The notes beneath the pieces are model-generated. The model made no database searches, was not told where the DNA came from, and was given only the letters and a program-made list of their open reading frames with translations. The position numbers and the translations under genes were made by a program. A stretch of 50,279 bases of DNA, taken from an uncultured bacterium (GTDB taxonomy: Bacteria; Bacillota; Clostridia; Oscillospirales; Oscillospiraceae). Location: positions 1 to 50,279 of the forward strand of contig CAJMQR010000001.1 of the NCBI GenBank assembly GCA_905215665.1, read 5' to 3'. This document shows positions 36,236 through 45,603 of this stretch, in pieces (within the stretch, counting starts at the first letter, position 1; every line of letters starts with the position of its first letter).

Positions 36236-36258
36236 ATACAAAAGCGACAGCTTTGCAT
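36236..36258. promoter_or_regulatory. Candidate ROK operator
   Basis: Imperfect palindrome ATACAAAAGC-gaca-GCTTTGCAT just downstream of the minus-strand promoter. Confidence 0.35.
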
Positions 36259-36270
36259 GATTTCTTTTTT

Positions 36271-36299
36271 ATTATACACAGCAGCTTGCCGTTTGTAAA
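36271..36299 (-). promoter_or_regulatory. sigma-A promoter of the 20-kb minus-strand operon
   Basis: Minus strand TTTACA-N17-TATAAT. Confidence 0.7.
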
Positions 36300-36363
36300 T
36301 AGTTTTTCTAAAAACTTTTTATAATTAGCCCAGGAGATTTCTCCCATGTCTCCATATTTTCCC

Positions 36364-36392
36364 TTGAATTTTGCGTCCTTTTTTGCTATAAT
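36364..36392 (+). promoter_or_regulatory. sigma-A promoter of the ROK regulator
   Basis: TTGAAT-N17-TATAAT with TG extension. Confidence 0.7.
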
Positions 36393-36421
36393 GAATAAAA
36401 TACTAGCGTGGCGGTGAGGTT

Positions 36422-37576
36422 TTGGTAAAAAACGGAAAGAATTTGACCTATTTGCGGGCAGCAAATCAGGGAGCGATCTTAAAGACTATTTTATTATCCG
36501 GGCCGAGTACGCGGCTTGAGCTTGCCTCTGCTCTGAATCTTACCGCAATGAGCATCTCGTATATCACGTCTGATCTTCTGGAAAAGGGCATCCTCTGCGA
36601 GATCTCTGCAGATACGCGCAGCAATGTGCCGGGGCGGCATTCGTCGCAGCTCGCGCTCGTTCCGGAGAAGATCACGGCGATCGGCATCTCTATCTCGCGT
36701 GGCACCGTCCGCTTCACACTTGTGGATCTTCTCGGAAAGATCATGTACAGCCGGGAGAGTCTTCTGGACGAAACCACAAACTGCGCCTTCCTGACGCAGC
36801 TTTTAATCGAGAATGTCCAAAAAATTTTGGACGAATTCCCGCAGAATCATATGCTCGGTATTGGTATTTCCGCAATCGGCATCGTTGACACCCGTCGAGG
36901 AACGTTGAGCGAAACAACGGACTTCTTCGGGATCTGCGATTGGCCAATTGGCAATCTTTTGCAGGAACACTTTCAAATGCCGACCTACATCGTCGAGGAT
37001 ATGAAGTCTTCTGCGTTGGCAGAGTCCTATTACGGCTCGGCCAAGAATTATACCGACTTTGTCTATCTCGGCATTACGCGCGGCATCGGCGTCGGCGTGA
37101 TCTATAACGGCAAGCTCTTTGAAGGCCACAATGGCTTCTCCGGTGAGATCGGTCATATCACGCTGTATAACCATGGTCTGAAATGCCCCTGCGGCAACAT
37201 GGGTTGCATGGAAATGTACCTGAGCGTGCCGGTGATTCTGAAGAAGGCCGGTCTTCTTCGCTGGGAGGATTTTCTCACCTTCTGTGAACGGGAGCCGGAA
37301 AATCCCATTTTAGAGCAATTTCTGGAAGATATCGGCGTAGCGCTCGTCACGCTGGCAAATCTCTTTGACCCACAGGCGATCATTGTCGGCCATGAGGGCG
37401 CGATGCTGAACACCCACTGCTTTCAGCGAATGCAGGAAATCCTGAACGAACGGGCGATTACCCGCAGGCTTCGGCGCATCACCGTCCATCCATCCTCTCT
37501 TTCTGAACGTATTTCCTATCTTAACGCACCCGCAGTTGTGTTCTCACGGCTGTTTCTGGGCGAATTCAAGCTTTGA
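36422..37576 (+). CDS. ROK-family transcriptional repressor
   Basis: N-terminal wHTH, GIGVG, GEIGH, CPCGNMGCME; TTG start; divergent from the operon. Confidence 0.92.
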   Translation: MVKNGKNLTYLRAANQGAILKTILLSGPSTRLELASALNLTAMSISYITSDLLEKGILCEISADTRSNVPGRHSSQLALVPEKITAIGISISRGTVRFTLVDLLGKIMYSRESLLDETTNCAFLTQLLIENVQKILDEFPQNHMLGIGISAIGIVDTRRGTLSETTDFFGICDWPIGNLLQEHFQMPTYIVEDMKSSALAESYYGSAKNYTDFVYLGITRGIGVGVIYNGKLFEGHNGFSGEIGHITLYNHGLKCPCGNMGCMEMYLSVPVILKKAGLLRWEDFLTFCEREPENPILEQFLEDIGVALVTLANLFDPQAIIVGHEGAMLNTHCFQRMQEILNERAITRRLRRITVHPSSLSERISYLNAPAVVFSRLFLGEFKL

Positions 37577-37582
37577 TATTGG

Positions 37583-37614
37583 AAAACCTCTCCTGCCGAT
37601 TCAGGAGAGGTTTT
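37583..37614. terminator. Bidirectional terminator
   Basis: AAAACCTCTCCTG/CAGGAGAGGTTTT between convergent genes. Confidence 0.8.
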
Positions 37615-37621
37615 ATCAGCG

Positions 37622-38425
37622 CTATGCGCGCTTTTGGTACTCTGCAAGCGCGGTTCCCGCAGTCTTACCGAGCAGTTCCAGCCCAGCCGCACTGTAATGG
37701 CCTGCACATTCCGGGTTCATGTACTGCGGCGCTGCGCAGAGGTCTGCGGCAATCTCCGTCAGCATTAGGAAATCGGGATCCTCCAGGCAAAGCTCTGTCT
37801 GGGCATCCATAATCTGCTCGTCACGCTCATCTCCGGCAAAGCGGCCGACGCGGATCAAGCAAAATTTCCCAATCTTTGCATCCACTTTCAGGCTGTCCTT
37901 CAAAATGCACAGATTCTTCTTATAATACTCCTTGCTCATGCCGTTTGCCGCGTCGCTCTCGCCATGGAGCCAGACAAGCCAGATTCCCGTGACCGGCGCT
38001 GACTGCTCTGCCATGCGCACTGCGGCGCGTACCTTCTCGACGATCATCTCATAGCCAATCGTACCCGGCATCCAGAATGAAAGCATCGTGCCGCCGCGGC
38101 ATACGGGGACGGCGACAGCCTGTCTTCCAGTTTCTTCACAGTAGGCTCGGCAAAACGCGGGGATGAGGCTGGTGTTGCCGTAGCAAGCCGCACCCATCAC
38201 ATGACGGCTCACCCAGTCCTGCAAATTCGTTCCGTAAACTACAGGGTCACCCTGCGTTTTATCGAACAGAATATTCTCTCCCACCGGGTTACGTAGCGGA
38301 ACCATGGAATCTGTCAAATAGCGGTATTCCATCGCGTCTTTCACGCATTGCGTTTCCGAGCAGCGTTCACATTCGCCCTGCATATTGCTCTGCCCACCGA
38401 AAATGATCAGATCGACCTGTCTCAT
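37622..38425 (-). CDS. SASA/CE6-like SGNH carbohydrate O-acetylesterase
   Basis: GQSNM, RGGT, HGESD, C-terminal GHY. Confidence 0.85.
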   Translation of the reverse strand: MRQVDLIIFGGQSNMQGECERCSETQCVKDAMEYRYLTDSMVPLRNPVGENILFDKTQGDPVVYGTNLQDWVSRHVMGAACYGNTSLIPAFCRAYCEETGRQAVAVPVCRGGTMLSFWMPGTIGYEMIVEKVRAAVRMAEQSAPVTGIWLVWLHGESDAANGMSKEYYKKNLCILKDSLKVDAKIGKFCLIRVGRFAGDERDEQIMDAQTELCLEDPDFLMLTEIAADLCAAPQYMNPECAGHYSAAGLELLGKTAGTALAEYQKRA

Positions 38426-38427
38426 TT

Positions 38428-40599
38428 CTATGCCTCCTTTTTAAGCGATTCCTCGGAAACGCGGATCAAATATGCCAGATAGGACGCAAAGCCGTGATTG
38501 CAGCTCGCAAAATCCGCAGCATATTCCCAAAGCGTTCCTGTTCTCTGCGCCATATAGTAAAAATAATCCACACTCTCCTCCAGCATCTGCCGGCAGCATC
38601 CATGTCGAACCAGAAGTATCATCCGCAGATAGTTACCGATAAAAGCATTTGAAGGACAGATCTCCGGATAATTCCCCTTTTTTACACGTTCTGGTCCAAA
38701 TTCCACCGTTATACGCTTCCAAAGAGTGGGATAGGTCTGCGGCGTCGCCGTTCCCGTAAAGAAGGCGTAATACTGGCAGGTCTCGGTACGGTTGCCGGTG
38801 TTGACAGCAATGCCGTCGCTGCCGCAGACTGCATTATCCACGAAGAAGTCGCCGTCAAAGGCCTTTTTTCGCACAGTGTCGAGAACGCTGCTGCCTTTTT
38901 GCTGCAGATCACTGCGTGCATAAAGCACGCCAAGTCTCTGCAGCATATAACCGTAGAGCATATTCGTCGGATAGCTGACATCCTGCACAAAATCGTTGGC
39001 TTTTGACCACTCCACGAACACCCAGCCCGGCAGCTTTTCCAGCAGTCCGTCGCGGTTTTCATACCGTGCGAACCAGCCGAGTAGTTCCTCCGTCCGCAGG
39101 GCAAACAGTTCCGCCATCGATCGGTCTCCGGTTCGTTCGCAGTACTCTGCCAGCTCGATTAAAAGCCACATTGCCCAGTTGGGAATATATCCCTCGGGCG
39201 TCTGGTCAGAGGGATAGCACATTGGCACCATTCCCGCCGGAAGATGACCAAAGTCCTGCGGAAGGCCGTAGTTTTCCAGAAAATTCCGTTCCACCGCATT
39301 CTTTCCCGTAAATTCAAATTCGCTGCGGCCAAGGAAAAAACTGTCGCAAAGCCATCCCGCCCTCTCACGGCTGGGGCAATCCATAAAGATATCCGCGCTG
39401 TTTTGTAGGAAGGTCTGCTTTGCTGCCTGAAGGACGGTCTCAATCTTCCCGTTTCTGCTGTGATATTCCCATGTGAGCGGCTCCGGGCAAATCACCTCGC
39501 GCAGTTCGACATCGTTGACCTCGAAGCTCCCACCAACTGCAAGAAACTTGCAGTACCGCAACGCATAGCACTCACGGCTCTGGAATCGGTACTCCCCCTC
39601 CTCGCAGTCCAGCCGGATCACATTGCAGCAGCACAGGCGCATGGGGTTCACATCCCCCTGCTCATCCAGGATCTCATCAAAGAGAACATAAAGGCTGCCC
39701 GACGTATCGCAGCGGAGGTGCATCGAAAGAAGGCCGCTGCGCTCTCCCGGCAGCTCCAGAATACAGAACTCCCCTCCGCACACGCGCACGCTGCCTACAA
39801 CACTGTTTTTGGTCTTCAGCTTTGTCGTATGAAAGCGCTGCGACTCATGACTGAGCTGCCATTCCAATTCATTCTCCGGATAGCCCTCAAGGTATTCGTC
39901 CTCCGGCTCCTGACAGGCATACAGAAGCGAGCGATCCCGAAAGACCGTCTCCGGCTCCCGCAGTTCAAATTCTCCGGTGGCCGTCAGAACGTTCAGCTTT
40001 ACAGCAGGAAAAGCTGCTTCGTGCAGCCGTCGCGGCAGGAGCTGCTTTGGCTTCTGAATCTCGGTTTCGCAAAAAACGGCGTTTTCGCAGGGCTTCCCAA
40101 ACATCCAGTCTGTATAGCGGGGTCTCAGCCGGTAGCCCTCAGCAAAGGGGCGCTGATAACTGTAGCGCTGCACCTTCTGCACACGCTCGGTAAGTACAAA
40201 GGAAGCAAAACCCAACTCCGCCGCGCCTGTCGCCGCCAGAACCTCTCCGTTTTGCGTCAATTCCGCCTGTAAGAAGGCGTCCTGGCGCATCAGACCGAAG
40301 CTGCGGATGCCTGGATTGACCGTAAGGATAGCAAGCCAGTTTTCCTCCTCCGGCAGGGAGAGAGAAAGCGTGTCCACACGAAAATAGCTTCTCGCAGCCC
40401 GCGCCGGGCCGAAAGCTGCGAAGATACCGTTCAGATAGACAAAATATTGTCCCGCCGTCGCAAGGCAGAGCTGCACCCTGCCAGCGCGTCCAGACAGACG
40501 CCGCACAAATCCAAGCTGGCAGTTTTTATCATGTACAAGTTCCTTTCCCCAGACAGGTTTTGCCATATTAAAAGGATCATAGTGTTCCACAAATTCCAA
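38428..40599 (-). CDS. GH78-like alpha-L-rhamnosidase
   Basis: MDCPSRERAGWLCD, FVEWS, GTLWE, SCNHG motifs; TTG start after GGAAGGAG. Confidence 0.85.
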   Translation of the reverse strand: MEFVEHYDPFNMAKPVWGKELVHDKNCQLGFVRRLSGRAGRVQLCLATAGQYFVYLNGIFAAFGPARAARSYFRVDTLSLSLPEEENWLAILTVNPGIRSFGLMRQDAFLQAELTQNGEVLAATGAAELGFASFVLTERVQKVQRYSYQRPFAEGYRLRPRYTDWMFGKPCENAVFCETEIQKPKQLLPRRLHEAAFPAVKLNVLTATGEFELREPETVFRDRSLLYACQEPEDEYLEGYPENELEWQLSHESQRFHTTKLKTKNSVVGSVRVCGGEFCILELPGERSGLLSMHLRCDTSGSLYVLFDEILDEQGDVNPMRLCCCNVIRLDCEEGEYRFQSRECYALRYCKFLAVGGSFEVNDVELREVICPEPLTWEYHSRNGKIETVLQAAKQTFLQNSADIFMDCPSRERAGWLCDSFFLGRSEFEFTGKNAVERNFLENYGLPQDFGHLPAGMVPMCYPSDQTPEGYIPNWAMWLLIELAEYCERTGDRSMAELFALRTEELLGWFARYENRDGLLEKLPGWVFVEWSKANDFVQDVSYPTNMLYGYMLQRLGVLYARSDLQQKGSSVLDTVRKKAFDGDFFVDNAVCGSDGIAVNTGNRTETCQYYAFFTGTATPQTYPTLWKRITVEFGPERVKKGNYPEICPSNAFIGNYLRMILLVRHGCCRQMLEESVDYFYYMAQRTGTLWEYAADFASCNHGFASYLAYLIRVSEESLKKEA

Positions 40600-40616
40600 C
40601 TCCTTCCGTAAAAATC

Positions 40617-40645
40617 AATATATCCTCCCCCATCTGAAAAGTCAA
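40617..40645 (-). promoter_or_regulatory. sigma-A promoter candidate of the GH78-SASA pair
   Basis: Minus strand TTGACT-N17-TATATT. Confidence 0.5.
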
Positions 40646-40688
40646 TGTAGCAATATTGCGTTCTTTGGTGCCGCCACAGCTAAACAGA

Positions 40689-40717
40689 TTGACTTGATGC
40701 AAATCGGACGATATGAT
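40689..40717 (+). promoter_or_regulatory. sigma-A promoter candidate of the operon ending in rhaBAD
   Basis: TTGACT-N17-TATGAT. Confidence 0.55.
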
Positions 40718-40740
40718 GAAATGGGAGGCGAAGTATAAAC

Positions 40741-41577
40741 ATGACGTATTCTGTTTCCATTCACTCGCACTGGGGCAGCATTCTCTGGCTTGCGGGAAAC
40801 GGAGTGAAGCTCGGTGTTGCGCTGGATTTTGGCATCCGCATCGTGTATGCAGCCTGCGAAGGCATGGAGAATCTGTTTTACGAGCAGCCAGACGATCTTT
40901 CCGATGGCTATTATACATCGGAGGGTTGGCGGCTTTACGGCGGACACCGTATGTGGCCAGCGCCGGAGAGTTGTATATGCAGTGCGCCGGACAACTCCCC
41001 CATCCACTGGATACCAGAGGGAAACGGCGTCCTACTCCGTCAGGATCCGGACACCGCAACCGGGCTGGAGAAAAACCTGCAGCTTCACTTTACAGCGGGC
41101 GGAAGCATCCTTCTGGAGCACAGTCTGAAAAACGTCTCCGACCGTCAGATCATCTGTGCTTCCTGGGGGATCAGCTCCATGGCGCCGGGCGGCACCGCAA
41201 GGATCGATTTTTCAGCAGACGGACAGCCATCGTTTCAGCCACAGCGTACTGTCGCGCTCTGGCAAGACACGGCTCTGAACGATCCGCGCCTGCATTTTTC
41301 CAAAGATACGCTGACCGTATCTTTTCTTCCGCTTGACAACTTCTGCAAGCTTGGCCTGTACAGCCGCTGCGGCCGTGCCGTTTACGAAAATAACCGTCAA
41401 CGTCTTATTATGACCTTTGCCGCGCCCCCAGCAGAACAGCTTCCGGACAGCGGCTGCAATTTTGAACTCTTCCTTTGTCGTCATTTCATGGAACTGGAAA
41501 CACTCGGTACTCTCTCCCGGCTGGCTCCGGGCGAGGCTGCATCTCATTGGGAAACATGGCGTTTTGAACGTCTTTGA
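40741..41577 (+). CDS. Galactose-mutarotase-like fold protein (DUF4380-like)
   Basis: FGIRIV, YGGHRMWPAPE, FMELETLG...LAPGE...HWETW patterns; GGGAGG RBS. Confidence 0.65.
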   Translation: MTYSVSIHSHWGSILWLAGNGVKLGVALDFGIRIVYAACEGMENLFYEQPDDLSDGYYTSEGWRLYGGHRMWPAPESCICSAPDNSPIHWIPEGNGVLLRQDPDTATGLEKNLQLHFTAGGSILLEHSLKNVSDRQIICASWGISSMAPGGTARIDFSADGQPSFQPQRTVALWQDTALNDPRLHFSKDTLTVSFLPLDNFCKLGLYSRCGRAVYENNRQRLIMTFAAPPAEQLPDSGCNFELFLCRHFMELETLGTLSRLAPGEAASHWETWRFERL

Positions 41578-41610
41578 CCCCGCGATCAATACCAGAAAGG
41601 AACACAGCGA

Positions 41611-43077
41611 ATGATAACCACCAAACGCAATTTTATTCCTGACACCGTCAGCCCCTCTCCCGATTACTACTGTACCTGGCAGACACAACTCTATGCCACC
41701 AGCGACGGCAAGCCAGAAGGCCAACGCCGCTGTCTCAGCGAAAAAGCTCTGTTCCATCCCGAAAAGCCCTATGGCTGGACGGGCTTCTACCCTCAGGCGC
41801 GAAAGGATCTTATTTTTGTAATGGATGACAGTTGGGACGTTCCATCCGATGGAAATACAAGTTACTACGGAAGCCTTCAGCTGGCGCCTGATAAATTCCC
41901 GGATGCGTACAGCCACCCCGAACCTCTGAAATATCTCTCAAAACGTGTGCGCGCCTTGGGCTGGAAAGGTCTTGGAGGCTGGGTGTGCGCGCAGGAATCC
42001 CCACTGTTCCCCGCGTCCACGCCGGGGGACTACTGGAAAGCCCGCCTGCAGGAATCCGAGGCAGCAGACTTCACCTACTGGAAGGTAGACTGGGGCAAAA
42101 AATGTGAGGATCCCGCTTTCCGCGAGAAACTGACACAACTCGGCAAAGTCTATGCGCCGCATTTGATCGTCGAACATGCGATGACGCCCAGTGTCATTCC
42201 TCATGTCGATTGCTTCCGCACCTATGACGTTCCTGCCATTGCTTCCATTCCGCTGACGATGGAGAAGCTGGCGGCCATTCCGGTCGCGGCGCACGCCGAC
42301 GCAGGCTGCGCCGGGCTTATCAATTGCGAGGATGAAGTCTATATTGCCGCGGCGGGCGGCTACACGATGGGCGTTATGCGCCATCCTTACTGTGGGGTGC
42401 TGCCCAACGGCAACGCGGATCCGTCTTTCCCGGCGCTGCACCGGCAGATAAAGACAAAAATGTACGAAGTTCTTCGCGCCACACACTGGCACAGGATCGC
42501 CCCTGCCTTTGATGCAGGCTACGGCATCACCACCATTTCAGAAAAATTGTTGACAGACTTCTGGAAGTTTGAAAAGATAGAAGAGGAGATCGAGTTATGG
42601 TGGTTCCATATGCCGCTAAAGAAGCGCATTGCAGGCGATACGCTCAGCATCTCCGCTCCCGCCGCCATTGCCCGGAACACCGGGCTTCCTGACGTTCAGC
42701 CGGACTGCGATGGCTACATACCCTATGTGGTTTGCTCATGTAACCCCAACGGCATATATTCCATCGCCACCGCCGGGCGAACCCTCAATCGAAGCTACAA
42801 AATTCCAAAATGTCATGTTGCAGCTTATACCGCTGATGCACGAACCCTCGGCATCTTTGGGGAGTACGCTTCTCTGACATTGAAAACCTGCCATTGGCAG
42901 GCAAAACGTATTTATATGCAGGATCTCGCGTCTGACCACGCCTTTGACGTCACCGCAGACATTCTCCGTGCAGAGGGCAGACTCACCGTTCCGGGCGAGC
43001 TCATTGCGCGGATCGGCACTGCTGCGCAACCTGTCGAAGATACCTCTGAACCGGGTGTAGTTTTGATTTTGGAGTGA
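41611..43077 (+). CDS. Cytoplasmic GH-D-clan-like (GH27/GH36-like) TIM-barrel glycoside hydrolase, uncharacterised
   Basis: YCTW, MDDSWD, DKFP, YWKVDW (nucleophile-like), FRTYD (acid/base-like). Confidence 0.65.
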   Translation: MITTKRNFIPDTVSPSPDYYCTWQTQLYATSDGKPEGQRRCLSEKALFHPEKPYGWTGFYPQARKDLIFVMDDSWDVPSDGNTSYYGSLQLAPDKFPDAYSHPEPLKYLSKRVRALGWKGLGGWVCAQESPLFPASTPGDYWKARLQESEAADFTYWKVDWGKKCEDPAFREKLTQLGKVYAPHLIVEHAMTPSVIPHVDCFRTYDVPAIASIPLTMEKLAAIPVAAHADAGCAGLINCEDEVYIAAAGGYTMGVMRHPYCGVLPNGNADPSFPALHRQIKTKMYEVLRATHWHRIAPAFDAGYGITTISEKLLTDFWKFEKIEEEIELWWFHMPLKKRIAGDTLSISAPAAIARNTGLPDVQPDCDGYIPYVVCSCNPNGIYSIATAGRTLNRSYKIPKCHVAAYTADARTLGIFGEYASLTLKTCHWQAKRIYMQDLASDHAFDVTADILRAEGRLTVPGELIARIGTAAQPVEDTSEPGVVLILE

Positions 43078-43081
43078 CCTT

Positions 43082-44356
43082 ATGAAACATTATCTAGCCA
43101 TTGACATCGGCGCGTCGTCCGGGCGGCATATTGTGGGCTGGCGGGAAGGCGGCGAGGTGAAAACAAAAGAGGTCTACCGCTTTCCGAACGGCGTGGAGAG
43201 GCAGGAGGGGCATCTGGTCTGGGACGTGGACACGCTGGTTGCCCATGTGAAGCAGGGAATCGCAGCGGCAAAGAAGGAATTCCCGAATCTCGTCAGCCTC
43301 TCCATCGACAGCTGGGGCGTGGATTATGTGCTGCTGAAAGGCGGCCACGAGGTGCTGCCGGCCTATGCCTACCGGGACAGCCGGACGGAAGCAGTGATCG
43401 CGCAGGTGCATGAAAAAATGGCGTTTTCGGAGCTATACCGCCGCACCGGCTGCCAGTTCCAGCCCTTCAATTCCATCTATCAGCTTTACGCGGACAAGCT
43501 GGACGGACGGCTGGAGGGCGCGACGGACTTTCTTATGATGCCGGAGTACCTGCTCTGGAAGCTCTGCGGGGTCAGGGCCCGGGAGTATACCAATGCCGCC
43601 ACCACGGGGATGGTCAATGCCCAAGCCGGAGAATATGACGAAGAAATCATCGATGCACTGGGCTATCCGAAGCACCTGTTCCCCAGGCTGTGCCGTCCCG
43701 GCACTGTGCTTGGCAAATACGAAGGAATCAAATGCGTCCTATGCGCGACGCATGACACGGCCTCGGCGGTGGAGGGCATCCCCATGGAAGGCAATCATCC
43801 CTACATCTCCTCCGGTACATGGAGCCTGCTGGGGGTCAAAACTCAGAAGCCCATCACCAATGAAGCCAGTGAGAGAGCCAACTACTCCAACGAGAGCGGC
43901 GTGGGCTACAACCGCTACCAGAAAAACATCATGGGCATGTGGCTCATCAACCGCCTGAAGGACGAGCTTTGTCCGGAAACGCCCTTTGCAAAGATCGTCG
44001 CAATGGCAGAAGAAAGCGGCTTCGGGAGAACCGTGGATGCCAATGCGCCCGAGTTCTTGTCTCCGGACAGCATGAAGACCGCTTTTGACCAGGCGACCGG
44101 CGGGAAGCTCAAAACCGTGGGAGACTATTTCCGCTGCGCGTTTTGCTCACTGGCCGCCGGCTATCATACGGCGCTGGACGAGCTGGAAAGGAACACCGGG
44201 ATGGCCTACGGGAAGCTGTACATCGTCGGCGGCGGCGCGAAAAATACCTTCCTCAACCGCCTGACCGAAACGGCGACCGGCAAACAGGTCATCGCCCTGC
44301 CCATCGAAGCAACCGCTCTGGGCAACCTGAAAATTCAAATGGAGGCAGATCAATGA
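43082..44356 (+). CDS. rhaB: Rhamnulokinase
   Basis: AIDIGASSGR, DSWGVD, HDTASA, SSGTWSLLG, KNIMGMW motifs. Confidence 0.92.
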   Translation: MKHYLAIDIGASSGRHIVGWREGGEVKTKEVYRFPNGVERQEGHLVWDVDTLVAHVKQGIAAAKKEFPNLVSLSIDSWGVDYVLLKGGHEVLPAYAYRDSRTEAVIAQVHEKMAFSELYRRTGCQFQPFNSIYQLYADKLDGRLEGATDFLMMPEYLLWKLCGVRAREYTNAATTGMVNAQAGEYDEEIIDALGYPKHLFPRLCRPGTVLGKYEGIKCVLCATHDTASAVEGIPMEGNHPYISSGTWSLLGVKTQKPITNEASERANYSNESGVGYNRYQKNIMGMWLINRLKDELCPETPFAKIVAMAEESGFGRTVDANAPEFLSPDSMKTAFDQATGGKLKTVGDYFRCAFCSLAAGYHTALDELERNTGMAYGKLYIVGGGAKNTFLNRLTETATGKQVIALPIEATALGNLKIQMEADQ

Positions 44357-45603
44357 GCTACACGGAAGCAAAAGAGAAATATGCCGCTCTCGGCGTGGAC
44401 ATCGGGGCTGCGTTGGATCAATTGAAAACCGTTCCCGTTTCCCTGCACTGCTGGCAGGGCGACGACGTGCGCGGCTTCGATACCGACCCGAATCAGCCGC
44501 TCACCGGCGGCATCCAGACCACCGGCAATTATCCCGGCCGGGCAAGGACGCCGCAGGAACTGATGGCGGACATCGATCAGGTTTTGAAGCTGTGTCCCGG
44601 CACAAAGAAGCTGAATCTTCACGCCAGCTATGCAATTTTCGCGCCCGGCGAATGGGTCGACCGTGACAAACTCGAACCGAAGCACTTTGCGCCGTGGGTG
44701 GAATTCTGCAAAAAGCACGGTTTGGGCGCAGATTTCAATCCTACCTTCTTCTCGCACCCGAAGTGTGACCCGTTGACGCTGAGTTCTCCCAACGAGGACA
44801 CGCGCCGCTTCTGGATCGAGCACGGCAAGGCCTGCGTGCGCATTTCGCAGTATTTGGCCGACGAGCTGGGGCAGGTCTGCACCATGAACATCTGGACCGG
44901 CGACGGCTTCAAGGACATCCCCGCCGACCGTCTCGGGCCGAGAATGCGCTATAAAGCCTCCATCGACGAGATCCTGTCCGAACCGTTTGATTTCAACGAG
45001 GTCAAACCCTGCGTGGAGAGCAAGGTGTTCGGCATCGGCGTGGAGAGCTACACGGTCGGTTCTGCGGAGTTTGCCCTGAGCTATGCCGCGATGAACCCCG
45101 GGAAATGCATCCCGCTCATGGACAACGGCCACTACCATCCCACCGAGATGGTCAGCGACAAGATCCCGGCGCTGCTGGCCTTCTTCCCGGAGATTGCGCT
45201 GCACGTTACGCGCCCGGTGCGCTGGGATTCGGACCATGTGGTACTGTTCGACGACGAGACGAAGGAAATCTGTAAGGAGATCGTCCGCTGCGGCGGCCTG
45301 GATGGCCGTGTCCACATCGCGCTGGATTACTTTGACGCGTCCATCAACCGCATTGCGGCGTGGGTCATGGGCTTCCGCAATGTGCAGAAAGCTCTCTTGT
45401 ATGCGCTTCTGACCCCGGACATGACCGCGGCACAGAACGCGGGAAACTTGACCGATCTGCTTGTTCGTCAGGAGGAACTGAAAACGCTGCCCTTCGGTGA
45501 AGTTTGGGCGGAATACTGCCGCAGAAGCGGCGTGCCGGGGGACGGCGCATGGCTGCCGGAAGTCCGGAAGTATGAAAAAACCGTCTTGGAGGCGAGAAGA
45601 TGA
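44353..45603 (+). CDS. rhaA: L-rhamnose isomerase
   Basis: SLHCWQGDD, TGNYPG, DFNPT, ESKVFGIG, GHYHPTE, RWDSDHV; ATG 44353 (ATGA overlap). Confidence 0.96.
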   Translation: MSYTEAKEKYAALGVDIGAALDQLKTVPVSLHCWQGDDVRGFDTDPNQPLTGGIQTTGNYPGRARTPQELMADIDQVLKLCPGTKKLNLHASYAIFAPGEWVDRDKLEPKHFAPWVEFCKKHGLGADFNPTFFSHPKCDPLTLSSPNEDTRRFWIEHGKACVRISQYLADELGQVCTMNIWTGDGFKDIPADRLGPRMRYKASIDEILSEPFDFNEVKPCVESKVFGIGVESYTVGSAEFALSYAAMNPGKCIPLMDNGHYHPTEMVSDKIPALLAFFPEIALHVTRPVRWDSDHVVLFDDETKEICKEIVRCGGLDGRVHIALDYFDASINRIAAWVMGFRNVQKALLYALLTPDMTAAQNAGNLTDLLVRQEELKTLPFGEVWAEYCRRSGVPGDGAWLPEVRKYEKTVLEARR

